A stretch of DNA of 64,000 bases from NCBI GenBank assembly GCA_963803805.1, contig CAWDOD010000003.1, positions 512,001 to 576,000 on the forward strand, in the 5' to 3' direction. The position numbers were made by a program, and so were the translations under genes. The notes beneath the pieces are model-generated. The model did not search any database, had not been told where the DNA came from, and saw only the letters and a program-made list of their open reading frames with translations. Positions 10,129-19,604 of this stretch are shown here, in pieces. Every line of letters starts with the position of its first letter. The stretch's first letter is position 1. The DNA comes from an uncultured cyanobacterium (GTDB taxonomy: Bacteria > Cyanobacteriota > Cyanobacteriia > Cyanobacteriales > CAWCAG01).

Positions 10129-10193
10129 TGTTGGCGCAGGCTACATTGCTCAAAATTATTTGATTGAACCAGAAATTAGCAACTAGCAACAAT

Positions 10194-10613
10194 TTAAAAT
10201 AACTGACCTCCTCGGAAACGCCAACGAGGAAATATAACTCGCATTAAAGATTGAGAGGCCAAATAAACACCTAACCAAACTACGCTGTAATGGCAGATAA
10301 ACCAAAAAAAATCAAATTTTTCTGCTGACACTCCAGGTAAGCCGATCACTTTGATTAAAACTAATATAAATAAAGCTTCCCAAATTCCCGCTAATAATTG
10401 AAAAGCACCAGGCCAATCCCTATCCCAACGAAATTTTTGTATATAAATATAAAGTACATCCCAAGCTATGCCAAATAAAGCCACATAAAACAGAATACAA
10501 AAGAAGAGACTATCTTTATCTTTAACAAAATAGAAAAACAAAGTAATTAAGCTACCAATAGTAGCTAAAAGAAATATACGAGTTTGCCAACGACCAAACA
10601 AAGTAGGAGTCAT
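10194..10613 (-). CDS. Conserved hypothetical membrane protein
   Basis: MTPTLFGRWQTR, QKFRWDRDWP, FPRWRFRGG; about four hydrophobic helices. Confidence 0.75.
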   Translation of the reverse strand: MTPTLFGRWQTRIFLLATIGSLITLFFYFVKDKDSLFFCILFYVALFGIAWDVLYIYIQKFRWDRDWPGAFQLLAGIWEALFILVLIKVIGLPGVSAEKFDFFWFICHYSVVWLGVYLASQSLMRVIFPRWRFRGGQLF

Positions 10614-10650
10614 AGTTATATTAGGATTAATCTTTAACTAATCTAAAAAG

Positions 10651-11541
10651 ATGAATAAATCCCTTATTATCACAACCATAGCAGGAACTTTTTGCTTAAT
10701 GGCCCTTTGTCCAGAAAAGAGTCTTGCTGGTACTCTTTACCAAGGCTGGAATTATGCCCTAGATTCTTTTAGCGATGGAGTTAGTGGTGATATTATTGGG
10801 CCTCGAGGGGCTTTTGAATTTTATAGTCTTGCTGTTAAGGAAGAAGAAAATAACCTTTTTGTTGCTCTCAACGCTAATTTACCTTTAACAGGAGATCCTA
10901 ACCCTAATGTTAGCAATGGCAGTATTGCTTGGGGAGATTTGTTTTTCAATTTCTCTAATCAAGACTTCTTGAGCGCTAGTAATAATAACCAGCTATTTGC
11001 AGTCCGTTTTTCTGCTGCGAATGACTCCAGTATTCCTGAATTAGGAGTTTATAAAAATGTTCAAGCTAAAAGCGTTACCAATGAAAACTCTGGCTTTATC
11101 AGCTTAGAACAGTATAGCAACACTGTAATTAATGGCGGTGGTGTACCAACAATGGCAGATTTAGCAATTAATAACTCCTATTGGGAATATACAGGCTTTG
11201 ATAATATTCTCAATTCCATCGCTACAGGAGAAAAGATTGGTGAGATTAATTTTCTTGATAATCAAAGTCAAAGCTTATTAGGACTAGATTTTGCTCATTT
11301 TAATGCTGTTGGTTCCCAGATCATCGCTTTTAGCTTATCTAAAGATTTATTTCCTTCAGGCTCTTTTATTGCCCATGTGTTAGCAGAATGCGCCAACGAT
11401 GGTATGGCTTTACAAGGGGAACTAGCTACTCAAAAGCCACCGGAGGAAGAAAGTAAGGATGTACCAGAATCTTCAACCCCCATGAGCCTCCTTTGTCTAT
11501 GCTTGCTAGTATTTAGCAAAGGTTTGAGAAAACAACTATAA
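10651..11541 (+). CDS. PEP-CTERM (exosortase-sorted) surface protein, XDD3-like
   Basis: Signal peptide, WNYALDSFSDG and ECANDG motifs, and a C-terminal VPES + hydrophobic stretch + basic tail. Confidence 0.75.
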   Translation: MNKSLIITTIAGTFCLMALCPEKSLAGTLYQGWNYALDSFSDGVSGDIIGPRGAFEFYSLAVKEEENNLFVALNANLPLTGDPNPNVSNGSIAWGDLFFNFSNQDFLSASNNNQLFAVRFSAANDSSIPELGVYKNVQAKSVTNENSGFISLEQYSNTVINGGGVPTMADLAINNSYWEYTGFDNILNSIATGEKIGEINFLDNQSQSLLGLDFAHFNAVGSQIIAFSLSKDLFPSGSFIAHVLAECANDGMALQGELATQKPPEEESKDVPESSTPMSLLCLCLLVFSKGLRKQL

Positions 11542-11603
11542 AATCTTGGTTACAAACTAAACCCTACGTTAAGTTGGAGGGTGAGATTAAAAAATAATGA
11601 ATT

Positions 11604-12302
11604 ATGTTAAGAATAATCACAGACTTCGACGGCCCAATTATGGATGTATCGGAGCGTTATTATCGGGTTTACCAGCTATGTTTAGAAAAAGCCAAAGATT
11701 CTCAGCAACAGATCAAAATGCTATCTAAGCAAGAGTTTTGGCGATTGAAACGCTCAAGAGTTCCTGAAAGGGAAATTGGTAAAATATCTGGTTTATACAG
11801 TGAACAAGCGAAAATATTTGCTCGCTTGCGTCGGGAAACAGTTCATAGCTTACCTTATCTGGTTTACGATAAACCAGTTCCGGGGGCGATCCCCACCTTA
11901 GAAAAAATTCAACAGACACAAACTGATCTCTTCGTTATGACTATGCGTCGTGACGGAGAACTTGAAGATGCTTTTAACCGCTATGACTTAAGAAGATTTT
12001 TCCCCCCCGAACGTTGTTACTGCTTACCCCAAGACTATATTAAAGAAACAGATATTAAAGACAAAACCAAACTAATGGCCAAAGCCTTAGCTGAACTACC
12101 ATTAGCCACCGATAGTTGGATGATTGGTGATACAGAGGCTGATATAGTCGCTGCTAAAACTCACCAAATAAAATCCATAGCTGTTTTATCAGGAATCCGC
12201 GATCGCCCTCAACTAGAAAAATATCAACCCAACTTCATTGTTAACAATCTCAAAGAGGGTGTGGAATTAGTTTGGCAAAAATCCTTACAAATTGTTACCT
12301 AA
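11604..12302 (+). CDS. HAD-family hydrolase
   Basis: ITDFDGPIMD motif I and WMIGDTEAD motif IV. Confidence 0.88.
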   Translation: MLRIITDFDGPIMDVSERYYRVYQLCLEKAKDSQQQIKMLSKQEFWRLKRSRVPEREIGKISGLYSEQAKIFARLRRETVHSLPYLVYDKPVPGAIPTLEKIQQTQTDLFVMTMRRDGELEDAFNRYDLRRFFPPERCYCLPQDYIKETDIKDKTKLMAKALAELPLATDSWMIGDTEADIVAAKTHQIKSIAVLSGIRDRPQLEKYQPNFIVNNLKEGVELVWQKSLQIVT

Positions 12303-12934
12303 CGTAGAAAGGAACTAATGAGCCAGAAAACCACAAAAGTTACTATGGCGCTAAAATCTAGTTGAGTAAAATTCTGACCAGTCCAATTTAAGATACCATT
12401 TTGTAAATCTAGACCATTAGCTAAAGAACTGCCTAAGCCTACTCCGACAATCAAACCAATTAAGGTCAAAAGCATTGAGCGTCCTAAACGATGCTCTTTG
12501 CGGTTGAGGAAGTAAACATTAGCACCTAAGCCGAAGGCTATAAATAGAGGTAAAACAGAAACTTCTTGGGAAATAATGGTTAAAACAATTAGTACAGAAA
12601 ATATTCCCCCAGGCCAAAGAATATCTTCTCGTGAAGGAGTATCTAGTAATTGTTGTACCCAGGAAGAAGAACTACTGGTAGGAACATTGGTTAAACTTAC
12701 TGGTGATTCAATATTACGTTCAGGGAAACGGATACCTTCTGGGACTTTTATCTTTCCTTCCTGGCGCATTTTGAGGCGATCCATAATAATTGCATCATAA
12801 GCACTTTCAATACTTTCGATGATTTTTCTGTCACCCTTATGCTGCTTACTTAAGCGCATTTTCGCTTCCTGGATTTCTTCAAAGGAAGCGTCTTCGGTGA
12901 CTCCAAGCTGTTCATAGACATTTTGTTCACTCAT
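12299..12934 (-). CDS. CPP1-like (J-like domain + TM; DUF3353) protein
   Basis: YEQLGVTEDASFEEIQEA, IESAYDAIIMDRLKMRQEGKIKVPEGIRFPE. ATG at 12934 has a GGAGG RBS, so it is preferred over the TTG at 13012. Confidence 0.85.
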   Translation of the reverse strand: MSEQNVYEQLGVTEDASFEEIQEAKMRLSKQHKGDRKIIESIESAYDAIIMDRLKMRQEGKIKVPEGIRFPERNIESPVSLTNVPTSSSSSWVQQLLDTPSREDILWPGGIFSVLIVLTIISQEVSVLPLFIAFGLGANVYFLNRKEHRLGRSMLLTLIGLIVGVGLGSSLANGLDLQNGILNWTGQNFTQLDFSAIVTFVVFWLISSFLR

Positions 12935-13463
12935 GTAAAACCTCCTTTGATATCTCCAATCCTTATCACTTTTTTGTACAAATTTTAAACTAGTTATAGT
13001 CCATAGCACCAAAGAATTAGGCTGCTCTCCCAGTTTAAGAGATAATTCTTAAAGATAAGTAGATATTTATTTTCCCTTGAGCTAGTTTATCCTGAACTAC
13101 GAGGTACTGGCAGCCTTTTTTCAACAATACTTTTATCTAGCACTTCTTGAGAAACCTAGCCTTTATTCTAGTTGATTAGGAACTAAGCAGTTAGATTGGA
13201 GGTGTTTATTTTCTTCAGTAAAAAGGCAAACTTAAATGAGTGGCTCTCATCTCATCATTAACTTAAGCACTGTCCTATTGCACCTCAGCTTAGAATATGT
13301 CTTAGAGCAATATTGATGCTGAGGATAGGCGTCAAACAGTTTATTCTGATTTAATTAAGGTCTGCTTAGATAGTTATCTAAAATGCTCTTAAAATAGTAC
13401 CTCCCTATTCTCTTAAATCTCAGGCTACAGTCCCTAAGTCAATTTTTTGTACGACATTATGTT

Positions 13464-14156
13464 ATGAGTCCTGATAAGATTCTTGTAGTAGACGACGATC
13501 CCGCAATTAGAAACTTGATTTTCCGTTTTCTTGGCCATAAAGACTACCAAATGGAGTCTGCTGGTGATGGGAAATCAGCTCTAGATAAGTTTGACAAGTT
13601 TAATCCTGATCTAGTTGTCTTGGATGTTAATTTGCCTGATGCTAATGGTTACAATCTCTGTGAACAGATGCAGAGACACACAGATGTCTTTGTCCTCTTT
13701 TTAACTAGTCGTGATGAACCTTCCGCTAAAAGAGAAGGTTTCAGCAAAGGAGGAGATGATTATTTAACCAAGCCTTTTGACTTACAGGAGTTAGAAGACC
13801 GAGTTAGAGCCATCTTAAAGCGTAAGCGCCTAGTAACACCAACGGAAAAACCCAGTCTCGTTTTTGGTGATTTGGTCATTGACCCAGAACGGAGGGAAAT
13901 AAAAGTTAATCAAGAATTTATCACCCTGACAGCTTTGGAATTTGATTTATTACTATTTCTGGCTAGTCACCCTGGTCGTGTTTGGCGACGACGCGAACTT
14001 ATTGAACAGGTCTGGGATTATGACCATGTAGGAGATGAGAGAGTTGTAGACGTACATATTGGGAGCATCCGTAAAAAAATTGAAACTCACTCTGATAAGA
14101 AATCTTTAATTCAAACTATTAGAGGTGTAGGCTACAGATTTGAAACCCCTGTCTAG
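13464..14156 (+). CDS. Orphan OmpR-family response regulator
   Basis: ILVVDDD, VVLDVNLP, DDYLTKPF receiver; winged-helix VVDVHIGSIRKKIE and IQTIRGVGYRF. Confidence 0.93.
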   Translation: MSPDKILVVDDDPAIRNLIFRFLGHKDYQMESAGDGKSALDKFDKFNPDLVVLDVNLPDANGYNLCEQMQRHTDVFVLFLTSRDEPSAKREGFSKGGDDYLTKPFDLQELEDRVRAILKRKRLVTPTEKPSLVFGDLVIDPERREIKVNQEFITLTALEFDLLLFLASHPGRVWRRRELIEQVWDYDHVGDERVVDVHIGSIRKKIETHSDKKSLIQTIRGVGYRFETPV

Positions 14157-14202
14157 CTTGAGCTTAACTGAAGAGTTTTTCCCATGGTGTATCTACTAGT
14201 TC

Positions 14203-14472
14203 TTATGATGTCGTCTCCGCCTCCTCTGTTTTCTGAGTAGTTACAGTCTGGGATTTTTCTGGCTCTAATTGAGCATTCATCTTGACTGCTTCTTCGATTT
14301 GTTCAGCTTCTTTTTTAAATTCGTCTTGAAACTCTCTAGAAGCTTCTTGAAAACCTTTGAGGGCCTTACCTAAACTGCGGCCAATCTCTGGTAATTTTTT
14401 TGGACCAAAAATCAATAATGCGACGACTAAAATCAAAGCCATTTCTGGCAAACCAATACCAAATACGTTCAT
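14203..14472 (-). CDS. tatA: Twin-arginine translocase TatA/E subunit
   Basis: GIGLPEMALILVVALLIFGPKKLPEIGRSLGK. Confidence 0.95.
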   Translation of the reverse strand: MNVFGIGLPEMALILVVALLIFGPKKLPEIGRSLGKALKGFQEASREFQDEFKKEAEQIEEAVKMNAQLEPEKSQTVTTQKTEEAETTS

Positions 14473-14518
14473 AATATTTCTTTTGCTAGTAGTTAGAGAT
14501 TAGTTGAGTATGAAGTAT

Positions 14519-14541
14519 AAAAAAACCCGGACAAGCCGGGA
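14519..14541 (-). terminator. Terminator after psbH
   Basis: Minus strand cccgg-cttgt-ccggg followed by T8. Confidence 0.75.
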
Positions 14542-14584
14542 AATTTAGTTTTTCTTTCTCTCTGTAAAGAGAGAAAACCCAAAG

Positions 14585-14779
14585 TTATTGAGTCCAGTTA
14601 ACATCAAATCCATTGAGGATTAAGGAAGAATTGTAAATCTGCAAAATGATCAACAAGAAAACAAAGAATAAGAGCATGAAAACCGCCATTAATGGTGTTG
14701 TTCCCCAACCGGGTACGACTTTACCATACTCAGAGTTTAAAGGTTTGAGAACATCTCCCAAACGAGTGCGTTGTGCCAT
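14585..14779 (-). CDS. psbH: Photosystem II reaction centre protein H
   Basis: [21 protein letters not shown]...ILQIYNSS. Confidence 0.97.
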   Translation of the reverse strand: MAQRTRLGDVLKPLNSEYGKVVPGWGTTPLMAVFMLLFFVFLLIILQIYNSSLILNGFDVNWTQ

Positions 14780-14808
14780 AATTCACCAATTATGAATCTA
14801 ATCTATTT

Positions 14809-14826
14809 TTTGTAATGTTCTGTAAT
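14809..14826 (-). promoter_or_regulatory. HLR1-like (RpaB) direct repeat in the psbH/psbN divergent promoter
   Basis: Minus strand ATTACAGA-ac-ATTACAAA resembles (G/T)TTACA(T/A)(T/A)-N2-repeat. Confidence 0.4.
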
Positions 14827-14876
14827 ATTATAGAGGGAAGAGGAATAATAATTTATTAAGAAATTTATTTAGAAAT

Positions 14877-15008
14877 ATGGAACAAGCAACAGTTCTTAGC
14901 ATCAGCATAGCTGTAGTATTTGTCGCTATTACAGCTTTTGCAATCTACACAGCTTTTGGCCCTCCTTCTGCGGAATTGAGTGATCCTTTTGAAGATCATG
15001 AAGATTAA
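14877..15008 (+). CDS. psbN: Photosystem II assembly protein PsbN (missing from the ORF track)
   Basis: Hand translation: MEQATVLSISIAVVFVAITAFAIYTAFGPPSAELSDPFEDHED, 43 aa, divergent from psbH as usual. Confidence 0.96.
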   Translation: MEQATVLSISIAVVFVAITAFAIYTAFGPPSAELSDPFEDHED

Positions 15009-15084
15009 CTAGCCCTTTTAAGGTCTTGTAATTCCCCTCAAGTTATAGTTAGTTGAGAAAAAATAGTTGCTAGATGGGGAGCCA

Positions 15085-15354
15085 CTAGTGTTCTGTCAAA
15101 GCACAATTTTAGGGTAAAGAGACTTGAGCTTATCACGAGCATCATCTGTGGTAAACTGCCAGTCTACTCCTCGTTGAGATTGATTGTTACTTGCAGCCCA
15201 GGGCAAGAGTTCACTAAGAAGCCTCTCAATATTACCTGATGCAGGATTTTCCTTTCTTCCTCAGTTAGTCTCACAATATACTTTTTTTGCATCTTTTTTC
15301 TCTATATTTTCTTTTCTTTCTCTATCCTAATTTCTTTCCTTGACTAAACACTAG
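15085..15354 (-). mobile_element. Internally deleted IS630-family element (MITE-like, about 270 bp)
   Basis: Terminal IRs ctagtgttctgtcaa (15085) and ttgactaaacactag (15340-15354), 13/15 match. It retains the transposase N-terminus MQKKYIVRLTEEER and C-terminus VDWQFTTDDARDKLKSLYPKIVL in different frames. Confidence 0.85.
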
Positions 15355-16332
15355 GATTATTTTATCTTTTTCTACTTGGGCGATCGCACCTCCTGGGAGG
15401 GAAGAGATCTGAGAACGATTGGGGGCTTTGATTAGGTTGGTTAGGGCTTCGATTTGCTCAAAGCTGGGGGCTTTGGGTAGATAGGTTTGGAGAAATTGCC
15501 GCATTACTCGCCGTTGTAGGGCTAAAGGGATATTTTGTAACCCCAATCTATTGATTTTCCTCGGTTCTTTGGTAACTTTTTGGTAAATAGTTGTGGCAAC
15601 CTTTTCCTGATACTCTACCTCCCCTCGTAATACTTCTGCTGTTTGGGCTAAGGCTGTTTCTACTTGAGGATTAAAATGGGTTTTGAGGTAGGGAATTAGT
15701 TCTTGGCGAATGCGGTTACGGGCATAACGGAGGTTTTGGTTAACTTTATCTTCCCAAATTGGTAGTTGAAATTGTTGGCAAAATTGGAGGGTTTCTGGGC
15801 GAGAAATATTGAGCAGAGGGCGGACTAATTGGATATTTTTGTTTAAAGGACGCTGCCAAGATAAGGCTTGTAAACCATCTGTTCCTGAACCTCGTACTAA
15901 ATTATAAAGTAGGGTTTCTCCTAAGTCAGTTTTGGTATGACCTGTAACTACAAATTGGAAATCTTCTTCCCTCGCTATTTCCAGCAATACCCCATAACGC
16001 CACTTTCTTGCCGCAGCTTCGGTTTCTTTTAAGGGAATTGGCTGACTATCTGTGGCGGTTTTGAGGTAGAAAGGTAAATCTAGGGTTTGAGTAAATTCTT
16101 TTACCCAAGCAGCAATTCCCACATCGGAAGCCCAACAGTGATCACAATGGGCAATTCCCAGTTGCCATTGCCATTTGGGTTGTAAATCCCTTAGAAGCTT
16201 GCTTAAACAAAGGGAATCTTGTCCCCCAGATACCGCAATTAAAACTCGCCCTCTCTTGGCTATTAACTGGCGCTGGCGCAATGTTTGGTGCAATTGAGCA
16301 TGGAGAGATGTCCAATTAGAAAGTTTGACCAT
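15322..16332 (-). CDS. tilS: tRNA(Ile)-lysidine synthase
   Basis: AVSGGQDS PP-loop, HCDH, EAAARKWRY, TGHTKTD, RPLL, RNRIR. Confidence 0.95.
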   Translation of the reverse strand: MVKLSNWTSLHAQLHQTLRQRQLIAKRGRVLIAVSGGQDSLCLSKLLRDLQPKWQWQLGIAHCDHCWASDVGIAAWVKEFTQTLDLPFYLKTATDSQPIPLKETEAAARKWRYGVLLEIAREEDFQFVVTGHTKTDLGETLLYNLVRGSGTDGLQALSWQRPLNKNIQLVRPLLNISRPETLQFCQQFQLPIWEDKVNQNLRYARNRIRQELIPYLKTHFNPQVETALAQTAEVLRGEVEYQEKVATTIYQKVTKEPRKINRLGLQNIPLALQRRVMRQFLQTYLPKAPSFEQIEALTNLIKAPNRSQISSLPGGAIAQVEKDKIILVFSQGKKLG

Positions 16333-16380
16333 AAAACCATTTGTTTTGTGTCGGAGATACAGTGATTGGGGGCAATGGTA

Positions 16381-17430
16381 TTAATGATTATATAAAAAGT
16401 CTTTTAAACTTAACTCGATAGGTTCAAAGAAACTAGAAGCATACTCACTATAAACTTCTGGTAAAAACGATTTATTACTATTAACAAACAAAGTGTCTCC
16501 TAAAATTTGCAAAGCCCTTTCATTAAGAGACTCAATCAACACTTCTGGCATAGTAGCTTGACGATTTGCCATTTGCTTTAGAGCAGTTTCATCCCCTAAG
16601 ACAATTGCCTTAAATACGCTTCGCTGTTCTTCATTAAGGCTAAGATTAAATTCTCGCCACTCTAACCATTCCTTTGGTATGTAGCTTTCTCTATTTTCTG
16701 GTTCTTCTTTAACTATGGGTTGAGACTTGGGTTCCTTTTCCTGAACTAAAGTTTGAGCTTGAGATTGAGGACTATTAAAACCAGACTCCATCTGCTTTTT
16801 ATAACTAGCTAAGTTATGGAGATATTCATTAATTTGGTTGCGCTGTTTTTGCTTTTCGCCAATTTGTTTATGCAATCCATCTAATTCCCCTCGTAATTGA
16901 TTAAGACGAGTTTCTAACTCCCTAATTTGACCATTTCTTACTGTTAGAGATAAAGTCATTTCTGAACTCAGCTTCTCAAGCTGTTGTACTTGCTCTTGGC
17001 GCTGCTGTAGGCTTGTTTCAAGCTGCTGCTTTTGCTGTTGAATGTAGCCAAGTTCTTGATACAGGGTGTTACGTTGATTATGTAGTTCAGAAACCCTATT
17101 TAGCAAATGATTTGATTCAGTTTGCAGAGCATAGTTTCTCGCTTCTACTTCTTGGATAATTTCTGTAGCTGCCGATAAAGATTGTTGTATTTGAACTTCT
17201 TCTGCTTCTAGTTCTTGAATTTCGTCATAAAGATGGAACCGGAGTTGCTTTTCTTGTCTGATACGGTTTTGTTTAGCAATTATTACCCCTAAATAGGTAG
17301 AAGGAACAGTTATTACCCCTGTTAAAAGCGCTTTAGCAAAGCTACGCTGAAGAATTAGCCCTAGCCCAAAACTTATACCGAAGGCAACTGAACCAAGAAC
17401 GATCTGATTAACTGGCTTGCTGAATCTCAT
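16381..17430 (-). CDS. Membrane-anchored coiled-coil protein with a TerB-C-like C-terminal domain
   Basis: Two N-terminal TM segments, a long Q/E-rich heptad region, and C-terminal MPEVLIESLNERALQILGD typical of TerB_C. Confidence 0.7.
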   Translation of the reverse strand: MRFSKPVNQIVLGSVAFGISFGLGLILQRSFAKALLTGVITVPSTYLGVIIAKQNRIRQEKQLRFHLYDEIQELEAEEVQIQQSLSAATEIIQEVEARNYALQTESNHLLNRVSELHNQRNTLYQELGYIQQQKQQLETSLQQRQEQVQQLEKLSSEMTLSLTVRNGQIRELETRLNQLRGELDGLHKQIGEKQKQRNQINEYLHNLASYKKQMESGFNSPQSQAQTLVQEKEPKSQPIVKEEPENRESYIPKEWLEWREFNLSLNEEQRSVFKAIVLGDETALKQMANRQATMPEVLIESLNERALQILGDTLFVNSNKSFLPEVYSEYASSFFEPIELSLKDFLYNH

Positions 17431-17670
17431 ATCTCAGACAGAGCGACGATTCCTAAAATGGCGGTTATGTACTGAAACTAATATGATTAGTTGCCCATTA
17501 TCTTACTATTCTGCCATAGGGGAGTAGCTCAGTAGTGAATATAACGCTTTTTCTTCATCGTCGATTTGATTTGGTCATGGTTTGATGACTAATTATTTTT
17601 CCACTAAAGCCATTTTAAAATACTGACTACTTCCTCGTAAGGGAAGCAAAAGGAACTTATCTGAAGAATT

Positions 17671-17708
17671 ATAGCGCCATACCTACTTCATCGTAGATAC
17701 GGCGCTAT
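17671..17708 (-). terminator. 16-bp stem-loop (terminator or structured RNA) downstream of yqeG
   Basis: Minus strand atagcgccgtatctac-gatgaa-gtaggtatggcgctat, fully paired with two G.U pairs. Confidence 0.6.
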
Positions 17709-17852
17709 TAAAGTCATTTTATTATGTTTAGGGTCTTTATATTGGCTGACCCCATTTGAATCACTCTTCAATATTGCCAGAAATGATGGGGATCTCCTTC
17801 ATTTATTAATGATTTCTTTATATTTCATCTAATGAAGTTTTGTGAAGCCAAG

Positions 17853-18380
17853 TTAATTTTTGCTTATTTGCTGAAGTGATACTCCTAATGCCTTAGATAA
17901 CCATACTTCAAAAGAACGTATAGGATAAGAAGCGGCCACGATGGCGGGGTCAACCATAGGTTCAACTAAAATAGTGAACATACCCTGACGATTTCCGGCC
18001 AAAACATCAGTAAACAGGCGATCGCCAACCATAGCAACTTGTCCTACTGGCAAATTCATTTCTTGGGCAGCTTGCTTTAATTTGCGTCGAGAGGGCTTTT
18101 TAGCTGCCAGCAAATAGGGTAAATCAAGTTCTTTAGCAATATTGCCGATGCGAGTTTCACTTAGGTTATTGCTGACTAACCATATTTGTGCTATTTCCCT
18201 CGTCCGTTCGATCCACAGAGCAACATCAGGAGAAACTTGCTTAATTTTAATGGGGACTAGGGTTTCATCTACATCTAAAATTAGACCCTTGAGATTGTAT
18301 TTTTGCAGTATATCTGGAGTAATACCAATTACTGGACCTTCTAGAACTAAGTCCGGTTGTAAGTTTGATGCCCAAGCCAT
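17853..18380 (-). CDS. yqeG: YqeG-family HAD IIIA phosphatase
   Basis: LILDVDETL, LVSNN, AKKP, MVGDRLFTDVLAGNR. Confidence 0.9.
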   Translation of the reverse strand: MAWASNLQPDLVLEGPVIGITPDILQKYNLKGLILDVDETLVPIKIKQVSPDVALWIERTREIAQIWLVSNNLSETRIGNIAKELDLPYLLAAKKPSRRKLKQAAQEMNLPVGQVAMVGDRLFTDVLAGNRQGMFTILVEPMVDPAIVAASYPIRSFEVWLSKALGVSLQQISKN

Positions 18381-18431
18381 AGTTTTTTAGTTATTAAGTG
18401 ACAATGTATTATAGATTGCTAAGAACTTAAC

Positions 18432-19508
18432 CTACTGCTGAGCCTCTTCTCTTTGTTGGCGAATAGCATTTTTAGCTGCTTCATGTTCTTGCACAGTCTT
18501 GCTAAAGAAGTGAGTGCCGTCGTAGCGAGCAACAAAATAGAGGTAAGGGGTATCTTCTGGATTAAGGGCAGCTTTGAGACTAGCTAAACCAGGATTAGCA
18601 ATAGGAGTAGGGGGAAAACCGGCATTAAGATAGGTATTATAGGGAGAAGGAGTATTAACTTGAGAAAGGCTTAGGGGTTGGTCAGCAGTTTGTTGAATAT
18701 TTAAACCATATTCAACGGTGGGGTCGGTTTCGAGTTTCATACCTTGTCGCAGGCGGTTCATGAAGACTCCGGCAATAGTAGAACGTTCTTCATCTACCAC
18801 CGCTTCTTTTTCCACAATACTAGCTAAATTAAGCCATTGATAAAAAGTTAGTCCTTTATTTTCTCCTTGTTGATATACCGGTAAAGCCACCTCTTCAAAG
18901 CGCTTTAACATCATCTCAATAACTTGTTGAGGAGTAACGCGATCGCTGGCTAATTGATAGGTATCTGGATACAAAAAACCTTCTAAATGGGGTAAATCCT
19001 GGGGCAACCAAGCATATTCTCCTTGGGGAATTTGTCTGGTAGCATTCACAAAATCTGCTGCGGCAAAATATCCTAAAGACTCAAAATAGCTGGCCATTTG
19101 CTTAATTGTCCAACCTTCAGGAATAGTAAATTCCAGTTTGATGACATCCCCTTGCCAGATAGTGCGGGCAATAGTAGGTAAAGATTCTGTGGGGGAAACC
19201 TTGTAAGTACCAGCCTTAAAATCCCCCTTGGGTTCTTTTATTTTCATTTGTAAAGCCCATAGTTGCCAAGCTTGATGAGAATTAATTAAACCAGCAGCTT
19301 GCAAATCTTCCCCGATTTGCTTAGTGGCAGTTCCAGGGGGAATATTGATTTGTACAGTTTCATTTGATTCGTTGGCTTCAGAATCAGATTGAGCTTTAGC
19401 TTCTGTTGGGGAAATAGCCCAACTAAACCAACTCCAACCTTGCAAAGCACAGAAACTTAAGAAAATGGGCAAAATCAGCAAATAATAAAACCATTTGAAA
19501 ACTTTCAT
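18432..19508 (-). CDS. mltG: Endolytic transglycosylase MltG
   Basis: TIPEG, LEGFLYPDTY, LASIVEKE, LETDPTV, SPYNTY, PPTPIANPG. Confidence 0.95.
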   Translation of the reverse strand: MKVFKWFYYLLILPIFLSFCALQGWSWFSWAISPTEAKAQSDSEANESNETVQINIPPGTATKQIGEDLQAAGLINSHQAWQLWALQMKIKEPKGDFKAGTYKVSPTESLPTIARTIWQGDVIKLEFTIPEGWTIKQMASYFESLGYFAAADFVNATRQIPQGEYAWLPQDLPHLEGFLYPDTYQLASDRVTPQQVIEMMLKRFEEVALPVYQQGENKGLTFYQWLNLASIVEKEAVVDEERSTIAGVFMNRLRQGMKLETDPTVEYGLNIQQTADQPLSLSQVNTPSPYNTYLNAGFPPTPIANPGLASLKAALNPEDTPYLYFVARYDGTHFFSKTVQEHEAAKNAIRQQREEAQQ

Positions 19509-19604
19509 AAGCTAGGCTCAAATTTAACTACTGCTATTGAATCAAAAATTATTGTTGTGGCTTCCAGCTTAAGAAATAAATATGGGTTAAGTTACACAAA
19601 AAAA

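Noticed and set aside
17519-17550. ggggagtagctcagtag resembles a tRNA 5' end/D-arm
   Set aside because: No anticodon stem, no GTTCRA T-loop and no acceptor pairing downstream.
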